Assembly: GCA_963662655.2 (NCBI GenBank)
Contig: CAXXTU010000002.1
Coordinates: 1,408,001-1,472,000 of the forward strand
Reading direction: 5' to 3'
DNA length: 64,000 bases
Origin: Candidatus Cloacimonadales bacterium
GTDB lineage: Bacteria > Cloacimonadota > Cloacimonadia > Cloacimonadales > JAIOQZ01
Below are positions 20,890-31,288 of this stretch, piece by piece. The stretch's first letter is position 1. Each line of letters starts with the position of its first letter. The translations under genes and the position numbers were made by a program. The notes under the pieces are model-generated. The model was not told the DNA's origin, did not search any database, and worked only from the letters and a program-made list of their open reading frames with translations.

Positions 20890-22635
20890 ATGCGAAGTTA
20901 TAATGATTGTTTACAAAAGCTTATTGATTTAGGTAAGAAGAACAGTTATCTGACATTCAAGCAGATAAATGATATTCTGCCCAACAGTCCGTTGTTCCTC
21001 GACAAGATCGACGACCTCATCACGGATCTGACCAGTGAAGGCATCGAAATTATCGACGAAACGCAACGTAAGGTTTCCAAAAAAACGCTTACGGTCAAGA
21101 AACAACAGACCAAGAAATTCAAGAACAGACGCTATTACGACGACCCCGTCAGGATGTACCTGAAGGAAATGGGACGCGTTCCGCTCTTGGACCGTGAAGG
21201 TGAAATTCGCATCGCGAAGAAGATCGAAAGCGGCCAGAAGTGGATCAATCGTTACGTGTTCATGTCGGGAAGCTCCCTGCGCGAAATGTACAACTTCCTG
21301 CATCGTTTCAAGGAACGACGCATCCGCATCGACCAGCTTTTCCGCATCGATTTCGGTAGCTATATCGATAAATCGCAGGACGAGCAGTTGATCAAGATGT
21401 TCTCCGAGGCGATCAAGAAGTCGGAACCGATCTACGATGAAATCGGCGCAATGCTCGATACTGCCGAGTTCGACGACCTTGGCAACATCGCGGATCAGGC
21501 TCTGCAAGAAATCATCGACGAGAAACGTAAAGTGCTCATCGAGATTTTCGCTCCGATCCCCTTCAACGACAAGTTCATCAAGCGCCTGGTCTACCGCATC
21601 AAGAGCCTGGTGGATCGTATCAAAGAAAGCAAGCGCTCCATCGGGAAGCTATCCCGCATCAAGCGCTACTCTCTCGAAGAAATCTGCGCCTACGGGCGCC
21701 GCGCCAAGAAATCCGACGAGGACTTCGACGAAGTACAGAAAGAGACGAACATCGATCCGACCGTATTCGTGGAGACCCTGCGCAAGATAAAGAACGCTCG
21801 GCGTAAAATCCGTCGCGTTGAGATCGAAACCCGCATGGGCGGCGAAGAGATGATCTTCCTCATGAAGGAAATCGAACGCGGCGAGAAGATGAAAGACACC
21901 GCCAAGAACGAGATGATCGAAGCGAACGTCCGTCTGGTCATCAGTATCGCGAAGCGGTACAACAACCGCGGACTCGACTTCCTCGACCTCATTCAGGAAG
22001 GCAACACCGGCCTGATGAAGGCCGTGGACAAATACGATTACAAGAAGGGTTATAAATTCAGCACCTACGCCACCTGGTGGATCCGTCAGGCCATTACGCG
22101 CGCCATCGCCGACCAGGCGAGAACCATCCGCGTTCCGGTTCACATGATCGAATCCATCAACAAGGTGAACCGGATGAGCCGCCGCCTCGTACAGAAACTA
22201 GGCCGCGATCCCTACCCGGAAGAACTCGCAGACGCGCTGGATATACCTGTCGACAAGGTGAAGAGCGTCCTCTCGATCTCCAAGGAACCCGTCTCGCTCG
22301 ACAAACCCATCGGTAACGACAGCGAAGACAGCCTCCTCGGCGACTTCATCGAAGATAAATCGACCATCTCGCCGGAGCGCATGGCCGAGCGTACCCTGCT
22401 CAAGAAGCAGGTGGACGATGTCCTCAGCACGCTGACCACCCGTGAAGAACGCGTGATCCGCCTTCGCTTCGGTATCGACGACGGCTACCACCGTACGCTG
22501 GAGGAAGTCGGCAACATCTTCAACGTCACTCGTGAACGCATCCGCCAGATCGAGGACAAAGCGCTGAAGAAACTGCGCCACCCCACGCGCAGCACCGCTC
22601 TCATGGAGCTGTACGAGAACTTCAACATCAAGTAA
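20890..22635 (+). CDS. rpoD: RNA polymerase primary sigma factor RpoD
   Basis: [51 protein letters not shown]. Confidence 0.97.
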   Translation: MRSYNDCLQKLIDLGKKNSYLTFKQINDILPNSPLFLDKIDDLITDLTSEGIEIIDETQRKVSKKTLTVKKQQTKKFKNRRYYDDPVRMYLKEMGRVPLLDREGEIRIAKKIESGQKWINRYVFMSGSSLREMYNFLHRFKERRIRIDQLFRIDFGSYIDKSQDEQLIKMFSEAIKKSEPIYDEIGAMLDTAEFDDLGNIADQALQEIIDEKRKVLIEIFAPIPFNDKFIKRLVYRIKSLVDRIKESKRSIGKLSRIKRYSLEEICAYGRRAKKSDEDFDEVQKETNIDPTVFVETLRKIKNARRKIRRVEIETRMGGEEMIFLMKEIERGEKMKDTAKNEMIEANVRLVISIAKRYNNRGLDFLDLIQEGNTGLMKAVDKYDYKKGYKFSTYATWWIRQAITRAIADQARTIRVPVHMIESINKVNRMSRRLVQKLGRDPYPEELADALDIPVDKVKSVLSISKEPVSLDKPIGNDSEDSLLGDFIEDKSTISPERMAERTLLKKQVDDVLSTLTTREERVIRLRFGIDDGYHRTLEEVGNIFNVTRERIRQIEDKALKKLRHPTRSTALMELYENFNIK

Positions 22636-22654
22636 ATCCGAAAGAATGATATTG

Positions 22655-22690
22655 GCCGGTGTTTCTGAAAAAGTTTCACCGGCTTTTTTT
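22655..22690 (+). terminator. Intrinsic terminator after rpoD
   Basis: GCCGGTG...CACCGGC followed by a T run. Confidence 0.7.
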
Positions 22691-22846
22691 ATTCGTTTTT
22701 TTTTCGTGAATTGTCCTGATCAGTATTGTCGGGTTTGCAATCCAGAAATTCGTCTTCACACAGAGTTGTCTTGATTTTCACTCCACCGTGAATTTGTACT
22801 TGACACAGAAATGCGATATTTTAAGGATACGTTTCATGCATTATCA

Positions 22847-22923
22847 GGGCCTATAGCTCAGTTTGGTAGAGCTCCCGGCTCATAACCGGGCGGTCAGAGG
22901 TTCGACTCCTCTTGGGCCCACCA
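22847..22923 (+). tRNA. tRNA with CAT anticodon, most likely tRNA-Ile2 (lysidine) rather than Met
   Basis: GGGCCTATAGCTCAG...CCCGG-CTCATAA-CCGGG...GGTTCGACTCC...CCA; C4-G69/C5-G68 pairs and Ile-like acceptor stem; paired G1-C72 excludes the initiator. Confidence 0.9.
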
Positions 22924-23046
22924 TTTTTTTCCTTCACCGTGTAACAATCACCTTGTTTGCGATTAAAAGCGCTTGCCTCAACCCAGCATAATACCATTCG
23001 TTTTTTTTGTATTGCAACCGATATTAACAGCCACGATAGAATTTTG

Positions 23047-23074
23047 TTGACAGCCAACAATGAATCAGTATAGT
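23047..23074 (+). promoter_or_regulatory. Putative sigma70 promoter of the hybrid kinase
   Basis: TTGACA-N16-TATAGT. Confidence 0.5.
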
Positions 23075-23178
23075 TAATATTGTTAGTTGATTTTTAACCC
23101 ATCGTACGAATGTAGTAATTGAGTAAAATTGCCGGAAACTGCCAACCGCGTAACGCCACTGTAGCGAGAATAACTGCG

Positions 23179-26100
23179 ATGAAACAACAAAGATATAGCT
23201 ATGCTCAAAAGCTGGCTGTCGATTCATCAAGCGCCATTGTCTACAGATTGAGTCAATCTTTTGCTTTGGCCGCTGCGCTGATTGGAGCCTTGGAATTAGT
23301 AGGCTGGATATGTAAAACCGATTGGTTGATATCCCTAGCATCCAGCTATATTCCCATGGCGCCGATTACTGGAATTTACTTCATTCTCTATGGGCTTTGC
23401 TTGACCTTTACAAGGAACAGATACGGGAATGCGGTACGTCAATCCGTAAAATACCTGCTAATATTCCTCACAATATTTTCATTCCTGCTGTTCATTGCCT
23501 CTCTGTTGAAGATTACATCAAACATCGAGCACCTCGGCATCGATCTGCATGAGATGTCAAATGATTGGAGGGTTGGGCACATGTCCGCCCTCACGGCCAT
23601 CTGCTTTGCTGTTATCGGCATATCAGGCATACTCTCCATGTCGAGAAGACTCATCTCGAATAAGCTGGCCTTCTTCGGAACAATCTCTGTCAACTTGTGC
23701 AGCCTGACTTTCATTTTCGCATACATATTGGGCGCCCCAGTAATGTATGAAAGCGGTGTCAAACTCCCCGCGCTATCGACATCGATTGCTTTGACCCTGC
23801 TCGGGCTCTCCGTGTTCATCAGAAGCCTGCGAAAAATAGCTCCAAACCTCTTAAGCAGGAGGTTTTTAGCGCCGGCAAGCTTCATTGCGGCCCTGATCAC
23901 GGTTGCAGTTATCGTGAGCTCGATCTACCTCCGCGAGTATCGAGACATGTTTCTTCGCAATGTCAATGAGCAACTGAAGTCCATCACCGAACTCAAGAAT
24001 GATGAGCTGCTAAGCTGGCGCAGCGAAAGGATGGGAGACGCTTCCGTCTACCTGCACAACACAACGTTTGTTAATATAATTCAATCCTACATCCGAAACC
24101 CCAATAATCCCGAGCTCAAGGAATCGATCATCTTGAGCCTGGAGCTCGAGAGAGTCTCTCATTTCTACGATCACATCACCCTCCTGGATAGCGCTTTTGC
24201 GCCAATGCTTTCCGCTCCCAATTCCAAAAACGATATCTCACCGGAGGTTATAAAGCACGCGAAGATTGCAATCGACCGCAACGAAGTCGTCTTTGTCGAC
24301 TTCTTCCAGAATTTAACAAACGATCTGGAGCTCGCGGTTATTACTCCGTTCTATTGGGACGTCAACCCCAAGTCGCCAGCAGCAGTCATGTACATGTCGG
24401 TCAATCCGGTTATGCAACTCCTGCCATACTTCGAGCAATGGCCAAGTCCGTTTGAATCAGCGAAACTCAACTTGCTAAAGGTTATTGACGATACGGCATA
24501 TCAAATTGAGAGAGCCCACTCAGATTCAGCGGATGTTAATGATAGCTATCATTTGAGGAAAATTGATTGCCACAACCCAAAACACATAGGCCGCAAGCTT
24601 CTTGAAGCAAAACGAGGCTTTCTCGAAGGCAATCTCTGCGACGGTACACGAGTCAGCGCGTACGCTGCCGACATAGGGAACACCGGATGGACGATTCTGG
24701 CCACAATTGAAATGAAAGAAATCTATCACCCGATCCGAGTGCGTTTGTGGAGCATTATCGCGGTTCAGATATTTATCCTCCTGGCCTCCGCCATTTTAAT
24801 AGAAAGCTCATGGAGAAAGCAGCGCAATTCAATCATGGCAAAACAGATAGAAGCCCAGGAAGCCCTCATCGAGGAAGAGGAGAAATACAGGAAGACGGTC
24901 AACTCGCTCCACGAAGGCCTGCAGATTATCGATCAGGACTGGCGTTACGTATACATGAATTCCGCTGCCGCCGAGCACGGAAGGTTGGATATATCGGAGC
25001 TCATCGGCAATTCGATGATTGAGTTATTTCCTGGAATAGATAAAACGCCTTTATTCAGGCGTTTAAAGGCATGTCGCAAAACCGGAAAACCCGACAGCTT
25101 CGAGAACCTCTTCGTTTACCCCGACGGTACAAGCAGATGGTATCACCTGAGCGTCCAGCCATCCGATCAGGGCCTGATCATCCTCTCTACCGACATCGAA
25201 GACAGAAAGCAAGCCGAACTGCGCGTTGAGCACTTGAACAAAGTGCTGCGCTCCATCCGGGACGTGAACCAGCTCATCGTTCACGAGACCGACAGGAACA
25301 CCCTCCTCCAAAAAGCCTGCGACCTCATGATCCAGAATCAGAGCTACCAGGTGGCCTTCATTGTTCAAACCAATGAAAATAACGAACCGCAAACATGGTT
25401 CAAAGCGGGTTACATACAACACCTGGACTCCCTCATCGACATGCTGTTGACGAGCCAGTTGCCGCATTGCTATAGTAAAGCAATCGGTATGAACGACATC
25501 CTTGCAGTTAAAATCCCTGCCGAGGACTGCCGGTTCTGTCCGCTTTCTCCCACGTACGACGGTTATCAGGCGTTGTTTGTTAAACTGTCCCATAGAGGCA
25601 ATCCGTTTGGAATCCTGCATGTGGTCATGGGCAAAGGTATCAAGGCTGATTTTGAGGAACGAATGCTGCTGAAGGAACTCGCTGAAGACATATCGTACGC
25701 ACTCAGCACGATCCGGAATATCGAGCACCGGAAAAACCTCGAGAAGCAGCTCCAGCAGTCACGAAAACTCGAAGCCATCGGAAGGCTTGCCGGCGGCGTG
25801 GCCCACGACTTCAACAACATGCTCCAGACAATCATTGGCTACTCCGAAATCTTGCTCCAGGATTCCGGCCTCTCACGCACCCAGACTGAGTACGTCGAGG
25901 AGATACAGAAGGCCGGAAAACGTTCTGCGGAATTGACCTACCAGCTCCTGGCATTCTCCAGAAAACAAACCATCGAGCCCAAAATCATCGACATCAACAG
26001 GATGATCCGCGAGCTGCATAAAATGCTTCGTAGGTTGATCGGTGAAGATATCGAACTCAACTGGCATCCCGGCGACAGCATACCGGCAATCAAAATGGAC

Positions 26101-26886
26101 GAAGCCCAGCTCAATCAAATCCTCATCAATCTCGTCGTCAACGCACGTGACGCCATTGTTAATACCGGCATCATTACCATTGAAACAGCAGTGCAAGTCC
26201 TTGAGAACGATGAAAGGCTTGGGAAAATGGAGCTGAAGCAAGGGGAGTACGTTATTCTCTCGGTCAGCGATACGGGCTCGGGAATCGAAAAGGACAATAT
26301 CGATAAAATCTTCGAACCCTTCTTCACAACGAAAGAACCGGGAAAAGGCACCGGCCTCGGCCTTTCCACGATCTACGGTATCGTCAAACAAAACTACGGC
26401 AGCATAAACGTCTATAGCGAACCCGAAGAAGGCACAACCTTTAGAATCTATTTCCCTGCCTACAAGGAACAGTTTGAAGACGACTTGCACTTCATGAAAA
26501 TCTCCCCACCTAAAGGAGTTGAAACAATCTTGCTGGTCGAAGACGAGAAATCACTCATCAAACTCACCGAAAGACAACTCAGAAAACTGGGATATGAAGT
26601 AATCGCATGCAATTCTCCGGAAATGGCCCTGGATAAAATCAAAGGAATTCAGAAGTTGGACCTGCTCATTACGGACGTCATTATGCCCGGAATGAGCGGA
26701 AAAGACCTGTGGGAAAAACTCCGTACTCAATTACCCGACTTGAATTGCCTCTTCATGTCCGGGTACACTGCCAACGTTATTACGCACCACGGGGTCCTCG
26801 ATGCCGGTATTCACTTCATCTCAAAACCTTTCACAATCAAAGATATCTCCCTGAAAATCAGGGAAATCCTCGAAGGCAAACCATAG
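23179..26886 (+). CDS. Membrane-bound hybrid sensor histidine kinase (multi-TM, Cache-like, PAS, GAF, HisKA, HATPase, REC)
   Basis: [42 protein letters not shown]-terminal [12 protein letters not shown]; start uncertain (ORF track 23119). Confidence 0.93.
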   Translation: MKQQRYSYAQKLAVDSSSAIVYRLSQSFALAAALIGALELVGWICKTDWLISLASSYIPMAPITGIYFILYGLCLTFTRNRYGNAVRQSVKYLLIFLTIFSFLLFIASLLKITSNIEHLGIDLHEMSNDWRVGHMSALTAICFAVIGISGILSMSRRLISNKLAFFGTISVNLCSLTFIFAYILGAPVMYESGVKLPALSTSIALTLLGLSVFIRSLRKIAPNLLSRRFLAPASFIAALITVAVIVSSIYLREYRDMFLRNVNEQLKSITELKNDELLSWRSERMGDASVYLHNTTFVNIIQSYIRNPNNPELKESIILSLELERVSHFYDHITLLDSAFAPMLSAPNSKNDISPEVIKHAKIAIDRNEVVFVDFFQNLTNDLELAVITPFYWDVNPKSPAAVMYMSVNPVMQLLPYFEQWPSPFESAKLNLLKVIDDTAYQIERAHSDSADVNDSYHLRKIDCHNPKHIGRKLLEAKRGFLEGNLCDGTRVSAYAADIGNTGWTILATIEMKEIYHPIRVRLWSIIAVQIFILLASAILIESSWRKQRNSIMAKQIEAQEALIEEEEKYRKTVNSLHEGLQIIDQDWRYVYMNSAAAEHGRLDISELIGNSMIELFPGIDKTPLFRRLKACRKTGKPDSFENLFVYPDGTSRWYHLSVQPSDQGLIILSTDIEDRKQAELRVEHLNKVLRSIRDVNQLIVHETDRNTLLQKACDLMIQNQSYQVAFIVQTNENNEPQTWFKAGYIQHLDSLIDMLLTSQLPHCYSKAIGMNDILAVKIPAEDCRFCPLSPTYDGYQALFVKLSHRGNPFGILHVVMGKGIKADFEERMLLKELAEDISYALSTIRNIEHRKNLEKQLQQSRKLEAIGRLAGGVAHDFNNMLQTIIGYSEILLQDSGLSRTQTEYVEEIQKAGKRSAELTYQLLAFSRKQTIEPKIIDINRMIRELHKMLRRLIGEDIELNWHPGDSIPAIKMDEAQLNQILINLVVNARDAIVNTGIITIETAVQVLENDERLGKMELKQGEYVILSVSDTGSGIEKDNIDKIFEPFFTTKEPGKGTGLGLSTIYGIVKQNYGSINVYSEPEEGTTFRIYFPAYKEQFEDDLHFMKISPPKGVETILLVEDEKSLIKLTERQLRKLGYEVIACNSPEMALDKIKGIQKLDLLITDVIMPGMSGKDLWEKLRTQLPDLNCLFMSGYTANVITHHGVLDAGIHFISKPFTIKDISLKIREILEGKP

Positions 26887-27059
26887 TCATTCCCCCGTCT
26901 TTAAATGCTCATCGAGTCGTAAACAGATTCGTTCGATCGTGAGCGGAATCGTGGTGTTTCACACCCTTGCCACTTTATCCCCTTTTCCTGCAAGGGTGTG
27001 GTATATCCACGATGAAGCGAGGGATCGGGCGAAGATGCCACGACGGTATGCGATAACCT

Positions 27060-28157
27060 CTATCTCCCTGTCTCGTTCAGCGTCATCGTAAGGCGGTTCT
27101 CCCCTCCGGCGCGTAACCACTTGATATCATGCACGATTCCCTTCAGCAAGCTGATCCCGATCTGATCCTCCACCTCGGCGGAATCCAGGAAATTCCCCAA
27201 ATTGTTGCGGTCTGTGAAAAGTAACTGAAGCTCACCGTTCTTCTCCGAATAAGTCAGCTCCAGCGTTATCTCATGATGCTCTGCATTGGAGAAATACAGC
27301 GCCAAGGTCTCCTCGACGGCCAGTAGCGTGTGGTAGGTCATTTTCTTACTGAAGAAAAACTTCTCGCAAAACTGCTCGATCTCGCCGTTCATCTTGTAAA
27401 CGTCATAGGATCGAGAATCGATGTGAAAAAGATAGTTCCGTAACCTGTGTATGAACGAAATCGTATTCTTTTTCTGCGGAGCGTCGAATATCTGCTCGGG
27501 CGGCCCCGATTCGTAGATAATCCCCTCATTCATGTAAAACACCCGGTTCGATACATCGCGCGCAAAATCCATCTCATGGGTCACGATCGCCATGGTCATG
27601 CCGTCTCGCGCAAGCCTGCGAATAACGGAGAGCACCTCGCTGATCATCGTTGGGTCGAGCGCGGAAGTAGGTTCATCGAAAAGAATAATCTCCGGATCCA
27701 TGGAAAGGCACCGCGCGATGGCCACTCGCTGCTGCTGTCCTCCTGAAAGCTCTTCCGGCAGGCTGTTTCTTTTATCCGCCAGCCCCACCATATCGAGCAA
27801 TTCCATGCCGCGAACCTCCGCCTGCTTCTTCTCTCGTTTCAATAACTTGACTGGCCCAACCGTGAGGTTTTCCAGTACTGTCATGTGCGGGAAAAGGTTG
27901 AACGATTGAAACACCATCCCCATCTTCTGGCGAACCTTCGTAACCTTTGCGCCATGCTTGAGGATATTCTCGCCGTCGATGACGATCTCGCCACCGTCGG
28001 GATGCTCCAGAAGATTGATGCAGCGCAGTAGCGTACTCTTACCCGTGCCGCTCGGGCCGATGATCGAAATAACTTCGCCCTTCTCGATGGTCGCGTCGAT
28101 CTTCTTCAAAACCTGCAACGAGCCGAAGCTCTTGGAAAGATTGCGTATCTCGATCAT
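27060..28157 (-). CDS. Polar amino acid ABC transporter ATP-binding protein (GlnQ-like) with extra C-terminal domain
   Basis: GPSGTGKST, LSGGQQQR, FDEPTSALD, VTHEM; about 120 extra C-terminal residues. Confidence 0.93.
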   Translation of the reverse strand: MIEIRNLSKSFGSLQVLKKIDATIEKGEVISIIGPSGTGKSTLLRCINLLEHPDGGEIVIDGENILKHGAKVTKVRQKMGMVFQSFNLFPHMTVLENLTVGPVKLLKREKKQAEVRGMELLDMVGLADKRNSLPEELSGGQQQRVAIARCLSMDPEIILFDEPTSALDPTMISEVLSVIRRLARDGMTMAIVTHEMDFARDVSNRVFYMNEGIIYESGPPEQIFDAPQKKNTISFIHRLRNYLFHIDSRSYDVYKMNGEIEQFCEKFFFSKKMTYHTLLAVEETLALYFSNAEHHEITLELTYSEKNGELQLLFTDRNNLGNFLDSAEVEDQIGISLLKGIVHDIKWLRAGGENRLTMTLNETGR

Positions 28158-31120
28158 GACAACCTCCTTCTCTTACTGCGGCTGGGCTCAAGGCGCTTCT
28201 CAAAGGCGGTCAGTCCCACCAGAAGCAGCCAGGATATGAAGAAATACAGCGCCGCCACCATGATCAGAGGGAAAAAGGCGTCGAACGTTCTACTGCGGAT
28301 GATGTCCCCCGCTCTCGTCAAATCCTCTACTGCGATGTAGCCCACAATGGAAGTCGTCTTGACCAGCGAGATCACCTCACCCTTGTAAACGGGTAGAATC
28401 CTTCGGATCGCCTGCGGAGCTACAATATATAAAAACGTTTGCAACCGAGAGAATCCCATGGCGATCCCCGCCTCCGTCTGCCCCTTCGACACACCCTCGA
28501 TTCCGCTTCGGTACATCTCAGAAACATACGCCGCAAGATTGAACCCGAAAGCGATGATGGACACGATCACCGGATCGATATTCACCGAACCGAAGATGAT
28601 GTAGAACGTTATCATCAGGATCACCAGAATCGGCGTACCGCGCAGAATGGAAATAAACAGCCGGGCAATCAAGTTTACCGCCTTGATCTTCGACATCCGC
28701 ATGAAGCAGACCAGCACGCCCATCAGCGTACCGCTGAGCACCGACCAGAAAGAGATGATCGCGGTCGTTTTCAAACCGGAAACGATCAGCAGATAGCGTT
28801 TTTCGTGGATCACATTGTTATAAAAACTTTCGGCAACCTTCTGCAGGAAGGCCGGGATGCGTTTCTCCTCTTCAGCAACGCCCATATCTTTTCGTGTCAC
28901 GAAAACCGCGGGGAGCGAGACGTACGGATCGGAGAAATCCACCTGCTTTGCCCGTTCCTCCGTAATCGTAATCCCGTCCGTTATAAGATCGACCTTTCCA
29001 GCCGCCAGGGCATTGATGAGGGACGGAAAATTCATGATCACATTCTCAACCCTGTAGCCGGCCTCCTTCGCGAATCGCTGCACGAGCTCGAGGTCGAAAC
29101 CTACATACTCGTTATCCCTCAGGGCCACAAACGGAAGTTCTACCGCATCGAAGCCCAGCCTCAAGACAGGCGCGTCATCGTCGAACTCGATCTTTGGCAT
29201 CTCCGCTTTCTCCGGGTCTCCGTCGAGCCAGCGTGAAACCATCTCCTGATAAACACCCGTCTCCCGCGCTTTCGCGAGAAACTCGTTGAACTGCTCCCTC
29301 AATTCCGGGTTGTTCTTGTTGAAGGCAACCCCCAAGGGCATGTTGAAAACAGCTTCATAGGTGGATGTCAGCTCAGGATTCAACTTCAGCATCGCTCTGG
29401 CTGTTAGTTCATCAACCATGAAGGAGTCAATTTTCCTGCTTGTCAGCGAGATCGTCATATCGGAAATCCGGTTGTAACGTTTGATATTCGACTCCGGATA
29501 TTCTTCCATCAGAAAGGTGTCGTAAACCGATCCCTCGAAAACGCCTGTCGGCCTTTGCAGAATCGCCTTGAACGGATTCTTCTCCCGGGAACGCGCCAAC
29601 CGTGAATTGAGCACGACAATCGCGTTCCCCACCGAGACATAAGGTTCAGAGAAAGCGATGCTCTTCTCCCGCTCGGGCGTGATGGAGATGCAAGCCGATA
29701 TTAGATCGACCTTACCGGAGACGAGCGCGTTGATGAGCGAACCGAAATTGATCGCCTGGATGTCGAGCTTGTAGCCCTGATCCTGAGCGAATCGGCGGAT
29801 CATCTCGATGTCGAATCCCGTATATTCCTGATTGACATAACCGACAAACGGCAGATTCAAAACAAACGTACCCAAATGGAGCGTCGGCCCCTCCTCTGGG
29901 AGCTCAATGTCGGGCATCACGGCTTTCTCGGGATCATTCTCCAGCCAGCGGTCCACCATATCATCGTATACGCCGTTCGCGCGGATTTTGTGCATGAAGG
30001 TATTGAATTGATCGCGTAGTTTTATATTGTCTTTGCTGAAACCCACGCCGGAAGGAATGGGCGCAATGTCTTCTGCAAGCAGACCGAACTTCGGATTGTT
30101 ACGCGCAATCGATTTCGCCAGATAGACATCCAGCAGAATGGCGTCCGTCTTCCCCCTATCGAGCGCGACAAGCATGTCGGAGGTGGCGTCGTAGCGCTGG
30201 ACTTCCACCGTCGGATAGTTCTCGCCGAGGAACTGCTCGTAAAAGGAGCCGGTGAATACCCCCACTCGCTTCCCACGAATATCATCGGCGGTAGCCATCA
30301 ATTGAGGCGGGACCATGTTCTTGTTCATCGCCAGAACGCCCGTGCGCAACGCAATGTAAGGATCGCTGAAATTGACCTTCTGCTGACGCTCCGGCGTAAT
30401 CGCGATACCATCGGCGATGATATCGACCTTGCCGGAAGCAAGCGCTGCGACCAGCGAGCCGAAGGCGATGGTCGATATCTCCATCCGGCTATTCTGGTTC
30501 TTGGCGAATCGTTGCAGCATTTCGATATCGAAACCAACGTAGCGATTGTCCATGTATGCTACGTATGGCAAATCGGAGACATCCACGGCCACTCGAATCA
30601 GCGGTCCATCCATCGGGAGCTCGATCTCGGGCATCACTGCGTCTTCGGGATCGTTGATGAACCAGCGATCCTCCATTTCCTTGTAGACGCCGTTGGCCCT
30701 GATCTCTTTCAAGTAGGCGTTGAACCGCTCCAGGAGGTCGGGATTGTTCTTGTTGAATCCCACTCCGAGATCCAGGTCGAGAATGTCGTCTGCCAGGAGC
30801 CCCAATTCCGGGTTGTTCTTGATCAGAAGCTTGGCCAGTACCAGGTCCATCATCGCCGCGTCAACTTTCTCCGTCTTGAGGGCCAGCACCATATCCGCTA
30901 CTGCTTCGTAGCGATGTATCTTCGCCGTCGGATAGTGCTCGGCCACAAACATATCGTGAATCGTGCCATCGTATACCGCCACCCGTTTCCCGTGAAGATC
31001 GTCAACCGTACGCAGCAGAATTGACGCATCCGGTCCGGTCGTAGCATGCAACGAATTCACTGCGAAGAGTGCGTACAGAAATAGCCTGATCCACAGCTTA
31101 GCTCTCGTAAAAGCTCTCAT
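28154..31120 (-). CDS. Amino acid ABC transporter with three substrate-binding repeats fused to the permease
   Basis: Three copies of GFD(I/L)E...AL.(S/A)GKVD...IT.ER....FS.PY; C-terminal permease RGTP...GQTEAG...PQA; GGGAG RBS before ATG 31120. Confidence 0.92.
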   Translation of the reverse strand: MRAFTRAKLWIRLFLYALFAVNSLHATTGPDASILLRTVDDLHGKRVAVYDGTIHDMFVAEHYPTAKIHRYEAVADMVLALKTEKVDAAMMDLVLAKLLIKNNPELGLLADDILDLDLGVGFNKNNPDLLERFNAYLKEIRANGVYKEMEDRWFINDPEDAVMPEIELPMDGPLIRVAVDVSDLPYVAYMDNRYVGFDIEMLQRFAKNQNSRMEISTIAFGSLVAALASGKVDIIADGIAITPERQQKVNFSDPYIALRTGVLAMNKNMVPPQLMATADDIRGKRVGVFTGSFYEQFLGENYPTVEVQRYDATSDMLVALDRGKTDAILLDVYLAKSIARNNPKFGLLAEDIAPIPSGVGFSKDNIKLRDQFNTFMHKIRANGVYDDMVDRWLENDPEKAVMPDIELPEEGPTLHLGTFVLNLPFVGYVNQEYTGFDIEMIRRFAQDQGYKLDIQAINFGSLINALVSGKVDLISACISITPEREKSIAFSEPYVSVGNAIVVLNSRLARSREKNPFKAILQRPTGVFEGSVYDTFLMEEYPESNIKRYNRISDMTISLTSRKIDSFMVDELTARAMLKLNPELTSTYEAVFNMPLGVAFNKNNPELREQFNEFLAKARETGVYQEMVSRWLDGDPEKAEMPKIEFDDDAPVLRLGFDAVELPFVALRDNEYVGFDLELVQRFAKEAGYRVENVIMNFPSLINALAAGKVDLITDGITITEERAKQVDFSDPYVSLPAVFVTRKDMGVAEEEKRIPAFLQKVAESFYNNVIHEKRYLLIVSGLKTTAIISFWSVLSGTLMGVLVCFMRMSKIKAVNLIARLFISILRGTPILVILMITFYIIFGSVNIDPVIVSIIAFGFNLAAYVSEMYRSGIEGVSKGQTEAGIAMGFSRLQTFLYIVAPQAIRRILPVYKGEVISLVKTTSIVGYIAVEDLTRAGDIIRSRTFDAFFPLIMVAALYFFISWLLLVGLTAFEKRLEPSRSKRRRLS

Positions 31121-31288
31121 GTTTTCTCCCTGAATCATTTGTGTAAATTGCTCAATTGGATTGATATCCATGTTATGGAATACGGTTAAGAATATTCGCG
31201 CTACGGCTTCATTCTGTCAAGCAGAGAAGTGAGTTACCAGATAATATAAGAATCGTTAATACATTCTTTGGCGCAAATTGTTGAAACG

